Origin: Zygnema circumcarinatum SAG 698-1b
Lineage: Eukaryota; Plantae; Zygnematophyceae
Length of the DNA stretch: 64,000 bases
Assembly (NCBI GenBank): GCA_037447605.1
Contig: CM074816.1
Location: 573,873-637,872 of the forward strand
Reading direction: 5' to 3'
Of the stretch, positions 60,401 through 64,000 are shown one piece after another (the stretch's first letter is position 1; each line of letters opens with the position of its first letter). A model generated the notes under the pieces. The model was not told the origin of the DNA, made no database searches, and saw only the letters and a list, made by a program, of their open reading frames with translations. The translations under genes and the position numbers were made by a program.

Positions 60401-63400
60401 AACTGTTGAATGGAACCATTTCCGCGAACATCACCGCCCTCACAAGTCTGCAGATATTGTAAGCGGTCGACTGCAAATAATGACTTGCATTTCAGAAGCT
60501 CCAACGGTCGAGGTTGAGTTGCAGTGAAAATGTGACTGTCTGCGGGAAAGGAGAGGTTTTGCGTGTGATTAACAGTAAATTGAAGCGGACCTACAGGCTT
60601 TTGCAAATCAAGGATGCATTGTTTACGTCGTGGAAACGTCGTCATTTTTTGGTATTTGCATATGAGGCTAATGTGCAGTCTGATTTGCTCGTTGCAGGTC
60701 CTTGCGCCAAAATAGTCTAAGCGGCCCTATCCCTGCAGATATCGGCAATCTGGTTAACTTGAAGATTCTGTATGTTCGCAAACTGTCCATCACTCCTTGT
60801 CTCATTTGCAGTGCGGAGTGGAGTCCTTTCTGCAGGATAAACCAATGCTCATTCTCAAGTTTTTGTAGTCATGATGACAGGCTCCTCCCCTTTTTAAAGA
60901 ATGTGACTTTTCACGATGTGCTTCCGTAAACAACAGCAGAAAGAAGCTTTCTGATAGGGAAGTGTTTTTTTCCTTTCTCACAGTCCTCTGTCGATTTTTT
61001 GGCCTCTGCTTTCCTTTTTACCCCCTGCGCGGCGGAAGATGGTAAACCTGACTAGGTGGAAAGGTGGCTTCCATGAAACAATTCCGAGACTGACATTGAC
61101 ATGCGCTGGTTTATGTCTCTACTGTCTCAACCTGCAGTGACTTGCAGGACAATATTCTGGAGGGCAACATTCCGCCCAGTATTGGGAATTTGGCAGTCTT
61201 GGAAAGCCTGTAAGCCCTGGTTTCCTGACTTATTTGCCGATTTCATGAAGATGGTGATGAATGTTGTCTCAGTTGACAGGTCTCCTGTCCAGTTGGCAAG
61301 ATTCATTCCAGCACGCACGATCATAAGGAAAATCACAAAAGCCACTCGCAGTCTCTTCAAAACAGGATTGAACGTTATTCTGCTGAAAACTCAAACTAGC
61401 ACCAAAAACTAACAACTTCTATCAATTGTAGCGGTCGGGATAAGTGTGTGGACGGAAAAAATGGGCTGATTTAGTGCCAATATGTTTCGAGATTGCTGTT
61501 TTGCCCTGCGTGTCGTATGGCTACGTTAGTGGAGATTTTGGAGGAGCTTTTCCCTTCGTTGGATTCAATGGATATTCCGGAATTCGACTGACTTGTTTGT
61601 ATCGGCAGGTAGTCAATTTGCGTGTAATTCAGGAATAACAAAAGTAAATGTTTGCGACGCAGGAATATTTACGAAAATCAACTCACCAGCGGAGCGGAGC
61701 AGTTGATCGTTTTAACGGCGATCAATGGGACAGTGCCGTCAGAAATTGGGAATCTCGTCAATCTGCAATACCTGTACGCTCATTTCCCGCTCGTGCCTTT
61801 TTCTTTGGTTTGCGTTTCACGTTTAGAGAGGCAGAAGCAGAGAAGCAGCCACGAACTCTCATTCATCAAGAGCCTGTGTCAAGAATTCCTTGCATTCAGC
61901 AATTTCTTATGCTGGCATGTCAGTCTCAGTAAAAAGTGAATCGGTGCTTGGCGCAGGAATTTGGGAAAATGCAACTTTTCAGGGGCACTGCCACCGTCAA
62001 TGATGAACCTGACCAACTTGGTTAGCTTGTGAGTTAACTCATCTTCTCCCTTGTACTGTACCTTCGATGGAAATGGCTGCTGAGGACTGCGCACATTTCA
62101 GGCAGTTCATCGCACAATTTTGACATGCACTCCCTCTCTGACTTGATGGAGATTGATCAGCGAATGCTTTAAAACGGAATGTCCTTTTGGCGGTGCATCC
62201 TGGAAGTCGAATTCTTTCATGGTCTGTGAGACAGTCACTGTGAACCTCGTAGTAGTTTGTGAGGGATTGCGATTGAACAAAGTTGGATTTCCTGGTGCCA
62301 CATAGATTTCAAGTAACGTTGTTTTGGATTTTCATTGCACTGGTCGATTTCTATGGAACTTATAACTGAGCTAGTATTATTAATTCAACATGACAAATTC
62401 ACATGTTCAGCAACAGACAGTTACACCCTATTCTGTGTATCTTCTTTGTCAGTAGTGATACAAGATGTGTTTTTCCCGCTGGTTCTTGATATGCTTCTCA
62501 GGCTCAGAAATCACCGTACAACATGTTCTGAGATGCCTCACCATCAACAATAATTGTTTCAACGGAATGTTTTCCATCAATCGAGGATGCGATTACTTTT
62601 TAGTTTACTGACCAAGTGGTTGTTGTGAATTTTTTGTGCTCTGCCAGAACTTTGGTAGAGAACAGTTTCACAGGCTCGGTTGATTCTTTCCTCGGAGAGT
62701 TCTCCAAACTTGAATTGCTGTGAGTTACCGAAAACCTCTTGCATTGACTGGTCCACTGTTTCGTCTCTACGTATCCTGGAGTAGAGAAGAAGCATTCTGT
62801 AAATACACAGGGTGTGACCCTGTTACTTTAATGCAGGTGACCGATTTGAAGGTAATTTTCTGACAGCTTGCGCAGTTCTAGTAGACAAGGTTGTCCACTT
62901 CTGCAAATAGTACTGAAACGGAAATGTATTGGCCATGCAGGGACTTGGGCTCCAATAATTTCACTCTTGGGACATTTCCTGCGGTGATTGGCGGATACCA
63001 GCAGCTGAAAACGCTGTAAGTCTTCCATGCCTCAAGGAATGTTGCCCATTTCAAATGAGAGGTGACTTTGCTCATGTTGTTGATGGATGCTCTCTCATGC
63101 AGGTCTGCTTCGTTTTTTTTGACTAATTCTGTTTGGTATTGTGCGATAAATTCAGAACATGCATGTTATTTGATAATTTTCCTGTTATATCACCGTCTTG
63201 TTTTAATAATCGATGTCTTCGGGATGGCTACCATTTTAGCATCTCTATCTTGATCATTATGTTTGCTGGTGTAAGGCGGTTGTAAGTTCGAACTTCCGAA
63301 GTAAGCCGTTGGAAGCTGCTGTCANNNNNNNNNNTTTGATTTTCTTATTTGATGACTTTGAAACTGATAGAGACTGATAAACTGATACCTGCCCAGGTAA

Positions 63401-64000
63401 TGGCAGCTGATTTCACCTTTTCTTTCTCGTCGACTATTTGATGAAAGTATCAGCACCCGGTTGACCACTTGTTCAAACCAGTCGAAAAGTGATGCATTTG
63501 CAAACTTTCGAGTACGGTAAAGTTATTTTTTATGTTTTATATATGTGATGCAGGAAAGTTGTATCATGTGGACTGGCCGGACCTATGCCTGAAGCCTTCG
63601 GAAGTCTTCCTAACCTGGAAGTAATGTAAGGCTCCACTTCGACTGTTTCTGTATGGGATGTCAGTTCAATCTGGAGAAAACGTGCAGTGTGGAATAGCTT
63701 ATATTAATGAGTATTTGGACTTTTGAACATTCTTTTCCATTCGCTTACCAGTTTCAACTTTTCTGTGTTGAAAATTAAAATCTTTTTATGAAATAAGTAT
63801 CTGCAAGGGAGCTGTCATTGACCTACTTAGACCTGCTTTCTGGCTTGGAACAGCTTCTGAGGTTCGATATCCACCGTGTCTTCGCATGTGTTTTTGTCAA
63901 CGTGCATTACTTTATTGCAGGGATGCATCCGACAATCAAATCACACAGCTTCCTTCTGACCTCAGTGGTCTTGCAAAGTTGAAAATATTGTGAGTTTCAA
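57409..64000 (+). CDS. Leucine-rich-repeat receptor-like protein/kinase ectodomain (signal peptide, LRRNT_2, at least 9 LRRs); continues beyond the window
   Basis: Inferred first exon 57409-57431, then 58563-58666 (VVPSAIALLALFCF signal), LRRNT exon SWNVSNDCSKWIGVQCDELGNV, and one-LRR phase-2 exons of about 72 nt, e.g. SLRQNSLSGPIPADIGNLVNLKIL, DLQDNILEGNIPPSIGNLAVLESL, TLVENSFTGSVDSFLGEFSKLELL (62648-62719), DASDNQITQLPSDLSGLAKLKIL (63921-63989). There is a 10-N gap at 63325-63334. Confidence 0.9.
57530..58500 (+). repeat. About 1-kb polypyrimidine (CT-rich) low-complexity tract in the inferred first intron of the LRR gene; a GA-rich tract lies upstream at 56830-57140
   Basis: Strong strand asymmetry read directly from the sequence. 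Confidence 0.9.

Overview
Eukaryotic, intron-rich (GT-AG) nuclear DNA with plant-type genes. Divergent streptophyte-like proteins and many GA/CT microsatellites suggest a streptophyte alga or early-diverging plant (inferred, not proven). I reconstructed 12 gene models by hand from splice sites and reading-frame phase: MutS2 (-, runs off the window start), a secreted five-repeat protein resembling the bacterial/fungal polyglycine-hydrolase structural repeat (+), a PHP-family phosphoesterase (-), a SUVH SRA-SET methyltransferase (+), a USP-kinase-U-box protein (+), intronless CHMP1/VPS46 (-), EXO84 (-), a PPR protein (+), an MFS/Spinster-like transporter (-), an ATP-dependent phosphofructokinase (+), a spliced stand-alone NIDO (nidogen-like) domain gene (+), and an LRR receptor-like gene (+, runs off the window end). 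Non-coding features include a 184-bp MITE with perfect 25-bp TIRs, a 113-bp hairpin, G-box and GTAC motif clusters, several tandem repeats and two 10-N assembly gaps. The two strongest leads are invisible in the ORF track because they are split over short exons: the five-repeat secreted protein (4743-7649) and the NIDO gene (about 54150-56630). All family assignments come from motif recognition from memory; no database searches were run.
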